Below, one piece after another: positions 11,106-21,510 of a stretch of DNA of 64,000 nucleotides. The DNA is from Lachnospiraceae bacterium (GTDB lineage Bacteria > Bacillota > Clostridia > Lachnospirales > Lachnospiraceae), in assembly GCA_015057555.1 (NCBI GenBank), contig SVEC01000006.1:52277-116276 (forward strand), read 5' to 3'. Position numbers and translations under genes: made by a program. Position 1 is the stretch's first letter. Every line of letters starts with the position of its first letter. Under the pieces are notes generated by a model. The model saw only the letters and a program-made list of their open reading frames with translations, was not told the origin of the DNA and made no database searches.

Positions 11106-11978
11106 TTACTTGATAAAATTAATTATTACAAGCTCAGGCTTATTATTAACTCTTATTTTTAATGAGTGAGCGCCTAATCCACCAGATAGTATAAGAATGC
11201 TATCCTCTATTCTAAACTGCCCATAATCATATTTGGGAAATAATCTAAGTCTCGGTGATATTACACCTCCTATAAGTGGAAGTTTTAGTAATCCGCCATG
11301 ATTATGTCCACTCAACACCAAATCTGCTCCCCATACTTTATAATCATCAAAATAATCTGGATTATGAGCTATTAAAATATTAAATATATCATTATTACAT
11401 TCGCCTAGTAATTTATCCATAACAGATTTGGTAAGTTCTTTTTTTATAAATCTTTTATAATAACCATCAGTAAGATGAAGCCCATATATATTAATATTAG
11501 AACTTCCTAAGGTTATCTCTAATGATTTATTATCGAGATAATATATATTATCATTTTCAGCATCTAATAAATATTTTTCGTAATCAAGCCATTCTTGATT
11601 TTTCTTTACCATATACCCCATTTCGTGATTTCCAGGAGCAAAATATACATCAGAATACTTTGAAATTTCCTTAACCATATCTAAGGATTTTAAGTTATTA
11701 TCTCTGTAATTATTACCATATACCAATAAATCACCTGATATTATAACTCCATTAGGCTTTTCGTCTTTTATTGTATCTATAATTTTATCAACATTATAAA
11801 AACAATTATGAAGGTCTGATAATAATATTAATTTATAACCATTAAATTCCTTTGGAAGCTTTCTATGTTTAATATTATATGTGATAATCCTAAGCTTTCT
11901 AATTTCATATATGCTAATACAAGCAATGCTGATTATAAAACACAAAACAAAGAAAGATATAAATTGTATTAGTTCCAT
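11106..11978 (-). CDS. calcineurin-like metallophosphoesterase (YkuE/YaeI-like)
   Basis: SDLH, SGDL, GNHE, AHNP, GHNHGG motifs; N-terminal hydrophobic anchor. Confidence 0.9.
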   Translation of the reverse strand: MELIQFISFFVLCFIISIACISIYEIRKLRIITYNIKHRKLPKEFNGYKLILLSDLHNCFYNVDKIIDTIKDEKPNGVIISGDLLVYGNNYRDNNLKSLDMVKEISKYSDVYFAPGNHEMGYMVKKNQEWLDYEKYLLDAENDNIYYLDNKSLEITLGSSNINIYGLHLTDGYYKRFIKKELTKSVMDKLLGECNNDIFNILIAHNPDYFDDYKVWGADLVLSGHNHGGLLKLPLIGGVISPRLRLFPKYDYGQFRIEDSILILSGGLGAHSLKIRVNNKPELVIINFIK

Positions 11979-12003
11979 ATTTTCATCCTTTCGTAAACTT
12001 AGA

Positions 12004-13218
12004 TTATTCTACCACAAATAATCTATTACATAAATCCCTAATACTTAAAGAATATGACTTTTTTTGAATATTTTCCGAAGATATAATATTTATTTCATCA
12101 ATCATACTGTTGTTTAAATAATATTGAATAGAACCTATCTTATCACCTTTTTTTATAGGTGCCTTAATGTTATCGTAAACTATTTTCTTCTCTATATTAT
12201 TTGGATTATCATTTACTAGAGTGATTTGATGTTCAACTATTGGCTCAGGAATAACAAAATCCTTAATTCCATTATCTATAAGTATTTTATCTATATTTTC
12301 CAGAACAGAATTGTCAATATAAATATCACATTTCGAGAAACCATAATCCAATAATTTGGCAAGTTCAGAATTTCGAATATCTTTTGTAGGTGCACCCATA
12401 ATAACAGCTATTAACGTAATATCATTTCTAGTGGCGGTACCACTTATACAATAACCAGCTTCTGATGTAAAACCTGTTTTGAGACCATTTGCACCTGTAT
12501 ATTGTTTTAAGAATTTATTTGTATTTGCTAAGTCAAATCTGGATTCTCCTTTTGAAGTCTTATGAATAATATGATCCATCCAAATAGTTGATACATCAAA
12601 AATTTCAGGATGCTTTGTAATTAACTCTCTTGACATGATACTAATATCCATTGCGCTAGTATAATGATTTGGTGAATCTAAACCACAGGCGTTTTCAAAA
12701 TTGGTATTATTCATCCCTAATTCCTTTGCTTTAGCATTCATCATTTTAACAAATTCTGTTTCTGAACCTGCAATATGCTCCCCCATAGCTACTGCAGCAT
12801 CATTTCCTGATGAAATTTCAATACATTTTATGATATCTTGAACTGTCTGCTGCTCTCCTTCTTCAAAAAAACATTGTGAACCACCCATGGATGCGGCATG
12901 GCTAGAAATTGTAATAATATCATCATAAGACAAATTTCCTGCACTTATATTATCAAAACATAGTAAAAGAGTCATGATTTTTGTTACTGAAGCCGGCTTT
13001 AGGGTTTCATCCTTATTTTTTTCATATAAGATTTTTCCTGAATTAGCCTCAATTAATACAGCTGATTTTGAAGTAATACCTAAATCTATGTTTTCGTCAC
13101 CTGTAGCATCTGTTTGAGTACTTAAATCATAATTTGCGTACTTATCATAACCATAGCTAAATGTAAAATTATTGAGAATAAATATTCCTGCCATTATAAA
13201 ACTAATTAAATGTTTCAT
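12004..13218 (-). CDS. dacF: D-alanyl-D-alanine carboxypeptidase, DacF-like
   Basis: PASVTK (SxxK), SGN, KTG; HAASMGGSQ typical of DacF; start at 13218 after GAAGGAAG gives a signal peptide. Confidence 0.85.
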   Translation of the reverse strand: MKHLISFIMAGIFILNNFTFSYGYDKYANYDLSTQTDATGDENIDLGITSKSAVLIEANSGKILYEKNKDETLKPASVTKIMTLLLCFDNISAGNLSYDDIITISSHAASMGGSQCFFEEGEQQTVQDIIKCIEISSGNDAAVAMGEHIAGSETEFVKMMNAKAKELGMNNTNFENACGLDSPNHYTSAMDISIMSRELITKHPEIFDVSTIWMDHIIHKTSKGESRFDLANTNKFLKQYTGANGLKTGFTSEAGYCISGTATRNDITLIAVIMGAPTKDIRNSELAKLLDYGFSKCDIYIDNSVLENIDKILIDNGIKDFVIPEPIVEHQITLVNDNPNNIEKKIVYDNIKAPIKKGDKIGSIQYYLNNSMIDEINIISSENIQKKSYSLSIRDLCNRLFVVE

Positions 13219-13286
13219 AAAATCTTCCTTCACATATATTAATATATTATACTGTGTTTCAATAAATAAAATGTATAAAAAATATA

Positions 13287-13315
13287 TTGACTTTTGCACT
13301 TTACACTGCTAAACT
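13287..13315 (+). promoter_or_regulatory. sigmaA-type promoter for the DAHP synthase gene
   Basis: TTGACT-N17-TAAACT with TGn extension. Confidence 0.6.
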
Positions 13316-13354
13316 TTAAAGCAATCAAAATCATGTTTTTTAAGGAGAATATTT

Positions 13355-14383
13355 ATGAGTATTAAAATTATTCAAAAGCTTCCTACTGAAGATGAATTAA
13401 AAAGCGAAATACCTCTAAGTGAAAAACTAAAAATAATTAAAGAAAACAGGGATGCTGAAATAAAAAAGGTGTTTACTGGTGAATCAGATAAGTTTTTATT
13501 TATAATAGGACCTTGCTCTGCTGATAGCGAGGAACCAGTTATGGACTATATTCATAGACTTGCTAGTATTCAAGAGAAAATTAAAGACAAAATATTAATT
13601 ATTCCAAGAATATACACCGGAAAACCAAGAACCACAGGCGCTGGATATAAAGGTATGGTTCATCAACCAGACCCTAGCAAAAAAACAGATATGGCAGAAG
13701 GATTAATTGCCATTAGGAAGCTTCACTTAAGAGCAATTGCCGAAACTGGTATGGCTGCTGCTGATGAGATGCTTTACGCAGAAAATACAAGATATGTTGA
13801 TGATTTAATAGCATATCATGCAGTTGGTGCTCGAAGTGTTGAAGACCAAATGCATAGACTTACTGCAAGTGGCATTGATGTTCCGGTTGGTATGAAAAAT
13901 CCTACAAGTGGAGACTACACAGTAATGCTAAACTCCTGTCTTGCTGGTCAAACCTCACATATGTTTAGCTATAAGGGGTATCAGGTAGAAACCTCAGGCA
14001 ATCCATATACCCACTGCATATTAAGAGGTGGTCTTGATAAATATGGTAAATCAATGTCAAATTATCACTATGACGATTTGGTTAGACTTGTTGACGAGTA
14101 CACTAAATTTAACATTACTAATCCGGCCTGCATCGTAGATGCTAACCATAACAACTCTGGAAAAAAATGGGCTGAACAGCCTCGTATCGTAAAAGAGGTT
14201 CTACACTCCTGTCGTCATAATGATGATATTAAAAATCTAGTAAAGGGTGTTATGATTGAAAGCTATATTGAGGATGGTAATCAAGCTATTGGCGATGGTG
14301 TATACGGAAAGTCAATCACTGATCCTTGTCTTGGTTGGGAAAAGACAGAAAAGCTATTACTTGAGGTGGCAGATTTATTGTAA
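13355..14383 (+). CDS. 3-deoxy-7-phosphoheptulonate (DAHP) synthase, class I-alpha
   Basis: IGPCSA, KPRTT, VGARS, VGMKNPTSG, ILRGG, GKSITDPCLGW. Confidence 0.95.
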   Translation: MSIKIIQKLPTEDELKSEIPLSEKLKIIKENRDAEIKKVFTGESDKFLFIIGPCSADSEEPVMDYIHRLASIQEKIKDKILIIPRIYTGKPRTTGAGYKGMVHQPDPSKKTDMAEGLIAIRKLHLRAIAETGMAAADEMLYAENTRYVDDLIAYHAVGARSVEDQMHRLTASGIDVPVGMKNPTSGDYTVMLNSCLAGQTSHMFSYKGYQVETSGNPYTHCILRGGLDKYGKSMSNYHYDDLVRLVDEYTKFNITNPACIVDANHNNSGKKWAEQPRIVKEVLHSCRHNDDIKNLVKGVMIESYIEDGNQAIGDGVYGKSITDPCLGWEKTEKLLLEVADLL

Positions 14384-14425
14384 TATGCATATAATAAATA
14401 AATGCTATAAAAAGGATGCATAATA

Positions 14426-16270
14426 ATGTGTGGAATCGCAGGCTTTTACAATCCAGACATAAATTTTTCAAACAATCCAAAGGATAATTTCAAAATACTT
14501 AATAATATGGTTAAATCCATTAAAAAACGAGGCCCTGATGGAGATGGTACAAAAATAATCAACTCCTGCTGTCTTGCTCATACAAGATTATCTATAATTG
14601 ATCTTGAAACAGGAAGTCAGCCAATGAGCCTCTTTTTTGGTGGAAATAAATATCATATAATCTATAATGGTGAAATTTATAATTATAAACAATTAAAAAA
14701 AGAGCTTCAAAGCTACGGATTTACATTTAATACTAATTCAGATACTGAAGTAATTGGTTATATGTTTATAAAATACGGACCTTTATTTGCCAGTATGTTA
14801 AATGGAATTTTTTCTATAGCAATATATGACGAAGCAGAAAATTCTATTTTTTTATATAGAGATCATTTTGGTATTAAACCATTATACTATACAGAGTCTA
14901 ATAAAACTTTAATATTCGCATCTAAAATTGATACTTTATTTGAATATCCAAGAGTTAATCCTAGTATTGATATTAAGGGATTTAATGAAATATTCACACT
15001 AGGTCCAGCAAAAACCTATGGTTCTGGTGTATTTTATGGAATTAATGAAATATTACCAGGTCAATTACTCTCATATTCTCCAGAGGGAATAAACAAACGT
15101 TTTTATTATCAACTTCAATGTAAACCTCATACTGATAGTCTGGAGGATACTATCGAGAAAACCAAATACCTTTTAGAAGATAGTATAAGAAGTCAAATGA
15201 TTTCCGATGTACCAATATGTACATTTTTGTCAGGTGGTATTGATTCTTCAATCGTAAGTGCTATTTGTAGCAAAAACATGAAGGAAAATGATGTTTTATC
15301 AACATATTCCTTTGATTTCGAAGAAAACAGCCTACATTTTAAATCTCATAGTTATCAATTAAGCGAGGATAGACCTTATGTAGATATTATGGTAAAACAT
15401 CTCAATTCCAATCATAATTATCTTACCTGCCGCTATGATACCTTGTATGATTTACTAGAAGAATCGGTAGATTCAAGATGTTTACCAACAATGGCTGATA
15501 TCGACTCTTCTCTCCTATACTTTTGTGGAGAAGTGTCTAAAAATCACAAATGTGCTTTAACAGGTGAATGTGCTGATGAAATATTTGGTGGATACCCATG
15601 GTATTTTAATAAAGATTTGGGAGCTAAAGGTAATTTCCCATGGATGAGAGATATAAGCTTTAGAAAGTCAATATTAAATCCAGAATTTGCAGCAACTCTT
15701 CAAATGGAAAAATATGTAAAAAATGCATACAATAAAACAATTTGTGAAATCGACTATATTCCTGAAGAATCAGAATATAATAAAAATTTAAGAAAAATAT
15801 CGTATCTTAACATACGATGGTTTATGCAAACCTTACTTGATAGAATGGATAGAACTTCTATGCATAATGGATTAGAAAGTAGAGTTCCGTTTGCCGACTT
15901 CAGGTTAATTGATTATGTATATAATATTCCTTGGGAATTTAAGCTCCTTAATAATAAACCAAAGGGTCTTCTAAGACATATAGCAAAGAATTATTTACCG
16001 GAAACTATTATGAATAGACCTAAAAGTCCATATCCAAAATCATATCATCCAAAATATGAAGAATTACTAAAAAATAGAATTCGAGAAATAATATTTGATT
16101 CAACTTCTCCTATTCGTGCATATTTGAATATAAATACAATCAAAAATTTACTAAATGAGCCGGAAAATAATACAAATCCTTGGTATGGACAGCTTATGGC
16201 AAAACCACAGATGTATGCATATATTATTCAAGTAGATTATTGGATGAGAAAATACTCTTTATCATTATAA
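14426..16270 (+). CDS. asnB: glutamine-hydrolysing asparagine synthase family amidotransferase (AsnO-like)
   Basis: MCGIAG Ntn Cys, RGPD, LSGGIDSS, GECADEIFGGY, ESRVPF; resembles sporulation AsnO from memory. Confidence 0.92.
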   Translation: MCGIAGFYNPDINFSNNPKDNFKILNNMVKSIKKRGPDGDGTKIINSCCLAHTRLSIIDLETGSQPMSLFFGGNKYHIIYNGEIYNYKQLKKELQSYGFTFNTNSDTEVIGYMFIKYGPLFASMLNGIFSIAIYDEAENSIFLYRDHFGIKPLYYTESNKTLIFASKIDTLFEYPRVNPSIDIKGFNEIFTLGPAKTYGSGVFYGINEILPGQLLSYSPEGINKRFYYQLQCKPHTDSLEDTIEKTKYLLEDSIRSQMISDVPICTFLSGGIDSSIVSAICSKNMKENDVLSTYSFDFEENSLHFKSHSYQLSEDRPYVDIMVKHLNSNHNYLTCRYDTLYDLLEESVDSRCLPTMADIDSSLLYFCGEVSKNHKCALTGECADEIFGGYPWYFNKDLGAKGNFPWMRDISFRKSILNPEFAATLQMEKYVKNAYNKTICEIDYIPEESEYNKNLRKISYLNIRWFMQTLLDRMDRTSMHNGLESRVPFADFRLIDYVYNIPWEFKLLNNKPKGLLRHIAKNYLPETIMNRPKSPYPKSYHPKYEELLKNRIREIIFDSTSPIRAYLNINTIKNLLNEPENNTNPWYGQLMAKPQMYAYIIQVDYWMRKYSLSL

Positions 16271-16273
16271 TAC

Positions 16274-16308
16274 AAAAAAGAAAGTGACCATATAGGTCAC
16301 TTTCTTTT
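16274..16308. terminator. bidirectional terminator between convergent asnB and spoVFB
   Basis: AAAAAAGAAAGTGACC-ATATA-GGTCACTTTCTTTT. Confidence 0.85.
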
Positions 16309-16888
16309 ATTTTAATACTGGTTGTATTTGTTTTCCATTTATCGCTTGAATTATTGTTGGTTCTATAAGATCTAAATGAGCAACTAACGAATTTGTCTTT
16401 TTAATATAATCATCCTGACCGAATGGTACAAAGTAGATATTTTTAACATTCATTAATTTCCCAACATTTTGAAAATTCATACTTAAACCATCATTGGTGG
16501 AAATTGCAATAACTAAAGGCTTCTCATTTCTAAGATGAGCCTTAGCTGCCATCAATACCGGTGAGTCAGTTATACCATTTGCAAGTTTAGCTAAGGTATT
16601 TCCTGTACATGGAGCTATTATCATTACATCAAATAATTTACCTGGTCCAACTTTTTCTGAATCCTGTATTGTAAAAAATCCTTCGTTACCTGTAATATTC
16701 TTTACATCTCTTACAAAGTCTTTTGCTTCGTAAAATCTTGTATTTAAATTCTGTGAATTATAAGAAAAAACAGGTGTTACATTAGCACCTTTATCTTTAA
16801 GAAGCTTTATTTGTGGCAAAATTTTATCAAAGGTACAAAAGGATCCTGTTATTCCAAATCCAATGTTACACTCTGATAACATAAGCAT
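16307..16888 (-). CDS. spoVFB: dipicolinate synthase subunit B
   Basis: GFGITGSFCT, IAPCTGNTLAKLANGITDSPVLMAAKAHLRN, YFVPFGQDD. Confidence 0.95.
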   Translation of the reverse strand: MLMLSECNIGFGITGSFCTFDKILPQIKLLKDKGANVTPVFSYNSQNLNTRFYEAKDFVRDVKNITGNEGFFTIQDSEKVGPGKLFDVMIIAPCTGNTLAKLANGITDSPVLMAAKAHLRNEKPLVIAISTNDGLSMNFQNVGKLMNVKNIYFVPFGQDDYIKKTNSLVAHLDLIEPTIIQAINGKQIQPVLK

Positions 16889-16898
16889 TTCCCTTTCT

Positions 16899-17669
16899 TT
16901 AAGATGGGGGATTGTAAAAATTATTCATATAATGGTTATAACAATAATCAGCTATTATTTCTCCAGCCTCTTTTGGATACTCCTTTCCTGGAATACCTAA
17001 TATAAGTTCAGCAAAGATACCCTTTTCTTTGCAATATAAAAAATCTACACCACCTGGGTTTGACGCAATGTCAAATATTTTCACTGATGGATTAAGTGTA
17101 TCTATAGCGGCACTATCTAAAATCATTGCTGGAACTGTATTAAATATTAATTGATATTCAGTATTTTTATTTAGGTGTAAGGATTTTAAATCAACGTAAT
17201 TATAATCCTTAGACTCTATTTCATTTTTTAATTTATTGTTTCTTACTGCTACTGATATATTCAAATTATATTTTTTTAGCTCATTTGATATTGCCTTACC
17301 ACAAAAACCATATCCAATTACTAATACATTTAAATCATTAAAAGCATTTAAACTGGTTTTAGCATATTTAATAATTCCCATTGCCGTAAGAATAGCATTT
17401 TTTTCTACAACAATGTCATCTGATAAATAATCAATTAGATTAATAGTTTCTGGTACTTTTTCTTTGACTTCATTAGATATGGAACCTCCATATATAATTT
17501 TTATATTATTAAAATACGGAGATAGCTTAGATAAATATTCTAGATTGAGCGGTGGTGGTAATATAATAACATGATTATTTATGTCTTTATTAATCTCACA
17601 ACCTAATGAATATAGCTTATTTGCTACATATTCCATTCTTTTATCTTCACCAATTACTGAAAAAAACAT
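16899..17669 (-). CDS. spoVFA: dipicolinate synthase subunit A
   Basis: GEDKRM start, NAILTA, GYGFCG, FNTVPA, DIASNPGGVDF, LGIPGK; directly upstream of spoVFB. Confidence 0.88.
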   Translation of the reverse strand: MFFSVIGEDKRMEYVANKLYSLGCEINKDINNHVIILPPPLNLEYLSKLSPYFNNIKIIYGGSISNEVKEKVPETINLIDYLSDDIVVEKNAILTAMGIIKYAKTSLNAFNDLNVLVIGYGFCGKAISNELKKYNLNISVAVRNNKLKNEIESKDYNYVDLKSLHLNKNTEYQLIFNTVPAMILDSAAIDTLNPSVKIFDIASNPGGVDFLYCKEKGIFAELILGIPGKEYPKEAGEIIADYCYNHYMNNFYNPPS

Positions 17670-17720
17670 TTATTTCCCCCTTATTATATAATATTTTATG
17701 CAATAATTAAAAAATTGGGA

Positions 17721-18920
17721 CTAAATAATAATTTCTAATACACGTTTAAAATAATAGTTATAATCCTTTTCATTTGTATTATCCATAGAATATACATTTA
17801 TAGTTTTAAATAAAACATCATTTATATAAATATCAATATATCCAACTATATCATTGGTTTTTACTGGTGGTTTGATTATTTGTGGAATTCTATATTTTAA
17901 TTTAATTTTATCATTCTTGCTACACACTAAGGATATATGTTCTTTAATATATGTATCAATATAAACCTTAGGGGTACCATCTGGAACTTCTATGGTTTTC
18001 ATAGGTGTTTTATCAGAGGTTATTTCAGTAATATGAAAATTTTCAAATGCATAATTAAATAATTTATTAGAATCCTTCCATTTATAAGTCTTATTATTAG
18101 GCCAACCACATCCTAGTAAAGCAATTATAAAGTTTCTACCATCTTTTTCTACAGCTGCTACATAACAATATCCAGCATCTGCTGTAAATCCTGTTTTACC
18201 TGCTATTACTCCTTCCATCATATCTAAATATGCATTTTTATTATGTACTGTAAAGCTTCTTTCTTTATCAAAATCCATAAAATTATATTCCCTTGTCTGA
18301 CATATTTCTATGAATGTATCTTTTTTACTTGAGTCCATAACACAATATTTCATAATAAGACCTAGCTCTATAGCAGTTGTAGAATGTGTACCTTTAGAAT
18401 CTGTACTGTCTAAACCATTTGGAGTTATAAAATATGTATTTTCTAATCCTAGTTCCTCAGCTTTGTTATTCATCATATCTGCAAAACCTTGTATATCACC
18501 ACCAATATGTTCTGCTATGGCAACAGCAACATCATTATGACTTTCAAGCATTAAAGAATAATATAGATCCTTTAATTTATATTGTTCTCCCTCTTTTATA
18601 CCAAGCTGTACATCTGGCATTTTAGAAGCATATGAGCTTACAGTAACAATATCTTCCATGTCGCCATATTCTAAAGCAATAATTAATGTCATGATTTTTG
18701 TAGTACTTGCCATGGGACGTATTTCTTCACCATTTTTATGAAACAATACTCTCCCAGTATCACCATCAATTAAAGCGGCAGATATTGAATATAACTCATC
18801 ATTAATATAATCTGCTCCATAAGCTATATTGCTATCAATCAGTGTAAATAATATTATCATAGAAATTAGTATGTAGATTTTTGAAGATTTAATCATAAAT
18901 AGACTCTGATACATTATCAT
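17721..18920 (-). CDS. dacB: D-alanyl-D-alanine carboxypeptidase, DacB-like (start uncertain)
   Basis: MASTTK, SHND, GKTGFT; signal peptide; follows scpAB region as usual in Firmicutes. Confidence 0.8.
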   Translation of the reverse strand: MIMYQSLFMIKSSKIYILISMIILFTLIDSNIAYGADYINDELYSISAALIDGDTGRVLFHKNGEEIRPMASTTKIMTLIIALEYGDMEDIVTVSSYASKMPDVQLGIKEGEQYKLKDLYYSLMLESHNDVAVAIAEHIGGDIQGFADMMNNKAEELGLENTYFITPNGLDSTDSKGTHSTTAIELGLIMKYCVMDSSKKDTFIEICQTREYNFMDFDKERSFTVHNKNAYLDMMEGVIAGKTGFTADAGYCYVAAVEKDGRNFIIALLGCGWPNNKTYKWKDSNKLFNYAFENFHITEITSDKTPMKTIEVPDGTPKVYIDTYIKEHISLVCSKNDKIKLKYRIPQIIKPPVKTNDIVGYIDIYINDVLFKTINVYSMDNTNEKDYNYYFKRVLEIII

Positions 18921-18964
18921 TTATTTTAATATATTATAATCATATATATATTATTCTTTTTTCA

Positions 18965-18993
18965 TTGAAAAAAACTGCATAATTTAGTATAAT
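18965..18993 (+). promoter_or_regulatory. sigmaA-type promoter for the HD-GYP gene
   Basis: TTGAAA-N17-TATAAT. Confidence 0.7.
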
Positions 18994-19022
18994 TAATGAA
19001 TAAAAATCTAAGGAAAAAATTA

Positions 19023-20105
19023 ATGAGTTCAAAGTTTACGTCAGAATTAAAAGAAGGAATGGTTACCCTTACTGATACTTTCTCAACTAAGGGTAAGTTA
19101 ATTTTGCCTAAAAACACCATCATTACTAAAAGTATAATAACTAAGTTAGTTAGCAATGATGTTCTTTTTGTTGAAATTGAAGACGAGGCAATTGAATTTA
19201 CGCCAGATGAGGAAGTATTTAAAACCTTTGCAATAGATGAGGAAACCATAAAATCAAAGCCTGAATACAAAAAATTCAAGAAACGTTACGAGAAAAATAT
19301 TACAGACATAGGTGAACACCTTAATGACATTGTTCACAAAAATGCAAATATTGAGACTGATGCTATGTTAGAATCAACTCTTAATATTATTAGTTCCACT
19401 GATTCGCCATTAAGTATATTCACTATGCTATCAACTATGAAGGATTATGATGATTCAACATATAATCATTCTCTTAATGTTGCACTTATATGTAATATTT
19501 TTTCAAAATGGTTGGGGTTATCTGATGAGGATATTAAAATAGTAACTTCATGTGGATTATTCCATGATATTGGAAAGCTTATGATACCTGATCATATTAT
19601 TAAAAAACCAGGAAAACTTACAGATGAAGAATACAAGATAATTAAAACTCACTCAAAGCTTGGATATGATTTACTAAAGAAAAAAAATGCAGATATCCAT
19701 GTACAATATTCTGCATTGATGCATCATGAAAAATGTGACGGTTCAGGATACCCACTTGGTCTTACTGATAACCAAATAGATTGGGCTGCACAGATAGTTA
19801 CTATTGCTGATATTTATGAGGCTATGACATCAAAGAGAGTATATAGAGGTGCTCTAAGCCCATTTACAGTTATTAATAACTTCGAAGAAAACGGACTAAG
19901 AAAATATAATCCAAAGTTTCTACTTACCTTTTTAGAAAACGTTGTAAATAGTTATATGAATTGTAAAGTTAAGCTTAGCAATGGTGAGGAAGGCGATATT
20001 GTTTACATTAATAAGGTAAGCTTATCGAAACCTTTAGTAAAAACAAAGGATAATTTTATTGATCTTTCAAAGAATTATAACGTTTCCATAGAAAGTATAT
20101 TATAA
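19023..20105 (+). CDS. HD-GYP cyclic-dinucleotide phosphodiesterase
   Basis: HSLNV, HDIGK, HHEKCDGSGYP, ADIYEAMTSKRVYR. Start moved to 19023 (AAGGA RBS) because ATG 18996 is only 2 nt past the -10 box. Confidence 0.9.
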   Translation: MSSKFTSELKEGMVTLTDTFSTKGKLILPKNTIITKSIITKLVSNDVLFVEIEDEAIEFTPDEEVFKTFAIDEETIKSKPEYKKFKKRYEKNITDIGEHLNDIVHKNANIETDAMLESTLNIISSTDSPLSIFTMLSTMKDYDDSTYNHSLNVALICNIFSKWLGLSDEDIKIVTSCGLFHDIGKLMIPDHIIKKPGKLTDEEYKIIKTHSKLGYDLLKKKNADIHVQYSALMHHEKCDGSGYPLGLTDNQIDWAAQIVTIADIYEAMTSKRVYRGALSPFTVINNFEENGLRKYNPKFLLTFLENVVNSYMNCKVKLSNGEEGDIVYINKVSLSKPLVKTKDNFIDLSKNYNVSIESIL

Positions 20106-20119
20106 AAAATAGAGGTGAT

Positions 20120-20695
20120 TTACACCTCTATTTTTAGTTGAGCTTCTTCCATAGCCTCCTGTTTAAAATCCTCTATCTTATCAGGAGTAATGACAGGTAA
20201 TTCATCCATGGAAGTGACACCAAAGCTTCTAAGAAAATCTTCCGTTGTTCCAAACAATATAGGTCTTCCTATAGCATCTAATCTTCCAACCTCAGCTACT
20301 AATTTATATTCTACCAGCTTATTAATGGCGTGAACACAAGATACACCTCTTATTGCTTCTATCTCCTGTCTGGTTACAGGTTGTTTGTAAGCTATAATAG
20401 AAAGTGTTTCCATAAGAGATTCTGTTAAGTTATGCTTCTTAGGCATATTAACAAGTAAGCTTAAAATATCATAATATTCATTCTTAGTGCAAAGTTGATA
20501 TGAGTCCTCAAGCTTAACTAATCTAATACCTCTATCACTTGCTTCATACTTATCAATCATATCATTAAGTAGCTTAATAACATCTTTTTCATCTAATTCT
20601 AAAACCTTAGCTAAATCCTTAGCAGACACTGCATCTCCTATAGAAAAAAGTATTGCCTCTATGGCAGCTTGATTCTTAACTACACTATCTTCCAT
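20120..20695 (-). CDS. scpB: SMC-Scp complex subunit ScpB
   Basis: IEAILF, ETLSIIAYKQPVTRQEIEAIRGV, GRPILFGTT. Confidence 0.96.
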   Translation of the reverse strand: MEDSVVKNQAAIEAILFSIGDAVSAKDLAKVLELDEKDVIKLLNDMIDKYEASDRGIRLVKLEDSYQLCTKNEYYDILSLLVNMPKKHNLTESLMETLSIIAYKQPVTRQEIEAIRGVSCVHAINKLVEYKLVAEVGRLDAIGRPILFGTTEDFLRSFGVTSMDELPVITPDKIEDFKQEAMEEAQLKIEV

Positions 20696-20705
20696 ATTTC
20701 CTCCA

Positions 20706-21467
20706 CTAATCTAACTCCAATGAGTCTATTATTATATCACCAAATAATTCATCCTGCTTTATAACGATATCTCCAACCTTCATAAGCTCAAGTACAGCTA
20801 AGAATGTAACTATAATATTAATTCTTGAAGCCTGCATTTCAAGAAGTGTTCGAAAATTGATCCCCTTAAGACCTCTTACACTGGTACGAATCTCATCCAT
20901 CTTGTCTTCAATACGAACCTCTTCTTTTTCTATAGTACCGAACTTACTTCTAATAGGGTCCACTCTATCAACGGTTCGTTTCATAACCTGATTAAAAATC
21001 TCGTTTAGCATAGCTAACGTTGTATCACCAACAACCTCAGCAGGGTCTATTTCCTGCTTAAACTGTTTAACCTCTTCAGGTATGGAGGCTGGCTTATAAT
21101 ATGCCCTAACAGCGTCCATTTCCATATCCTTAAGCTCATATGATGCATATTTATACATCTTATACTCTAAAAGTCGTCTAACCAGTTCCGCACGTGGATC
21201 CTCTTCAGCCTCTTCTTCCTCCTCTTCTTTAGGAAGAAGCATCTTAGCTTTAATACTTATTAATGTAGCAGCCATAACAAGAAACTCACTCATGACATCA
21301 AGGTTTGATTCCTGCATAGCATTAACATACTCTAAATACTGCTCAGTTATCTCAACAATAGGAATGTCAAATATATTAAATTTGTTCTTTTCAATCAAAT
21401 GAAGTAAAAGATCAAGAGGCCCTTGAAATTCATTGATTTTAAATTCCAATTTATTATCCTGCATCAT
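20706..21467 (-). CDS. scpA: segregation/condensation kleisin ScpA
   Basis: FQGPLDLLLHLI, FLVMAATLISIK, TFLAVLEL. Confidence 0.96.
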   Translation of the reverse strand: MMQDNKLEFKINEFQGPLDLLLHLIEKNKFNIFDIPIVEITEQYLEYVNAMQESNLDVMSEFLVMAATLISIKAKMLLPKEEEEEEAEEDPRAELVRRLLEYKMYKYASYELKDMEMDAVRAYYKPASIPEEVKQFKQEIDPAEVVGDTTLAMLNEIFNQVMKRTVDRVDPIRSKFGTIEKEEVRIEDKMDEIRTSVRGLKGINFRTLLEMQASRINIIVTFLAVLELMKVGDIVIKQDELFGDIIIDSLELD

Positions 21468-21510
21468 ATTATTCCTTAATAAAAATTTCCGAAGGTTATT
21501 TTATCACAGG

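Noticed and set aside
14426-16270. Possible lasso-peptide cyclase
   Set aside because: Intact N-terminal Cys glutaminase domain; no precursor, B protein or exporter nearby
18988-18998. Leaderless start of the HD-GYP gene at ATG 18996
   Set aside because: ATG is 2 nt from the -10 box, upstream of the likely TSS; ATG 19023 has an RBS
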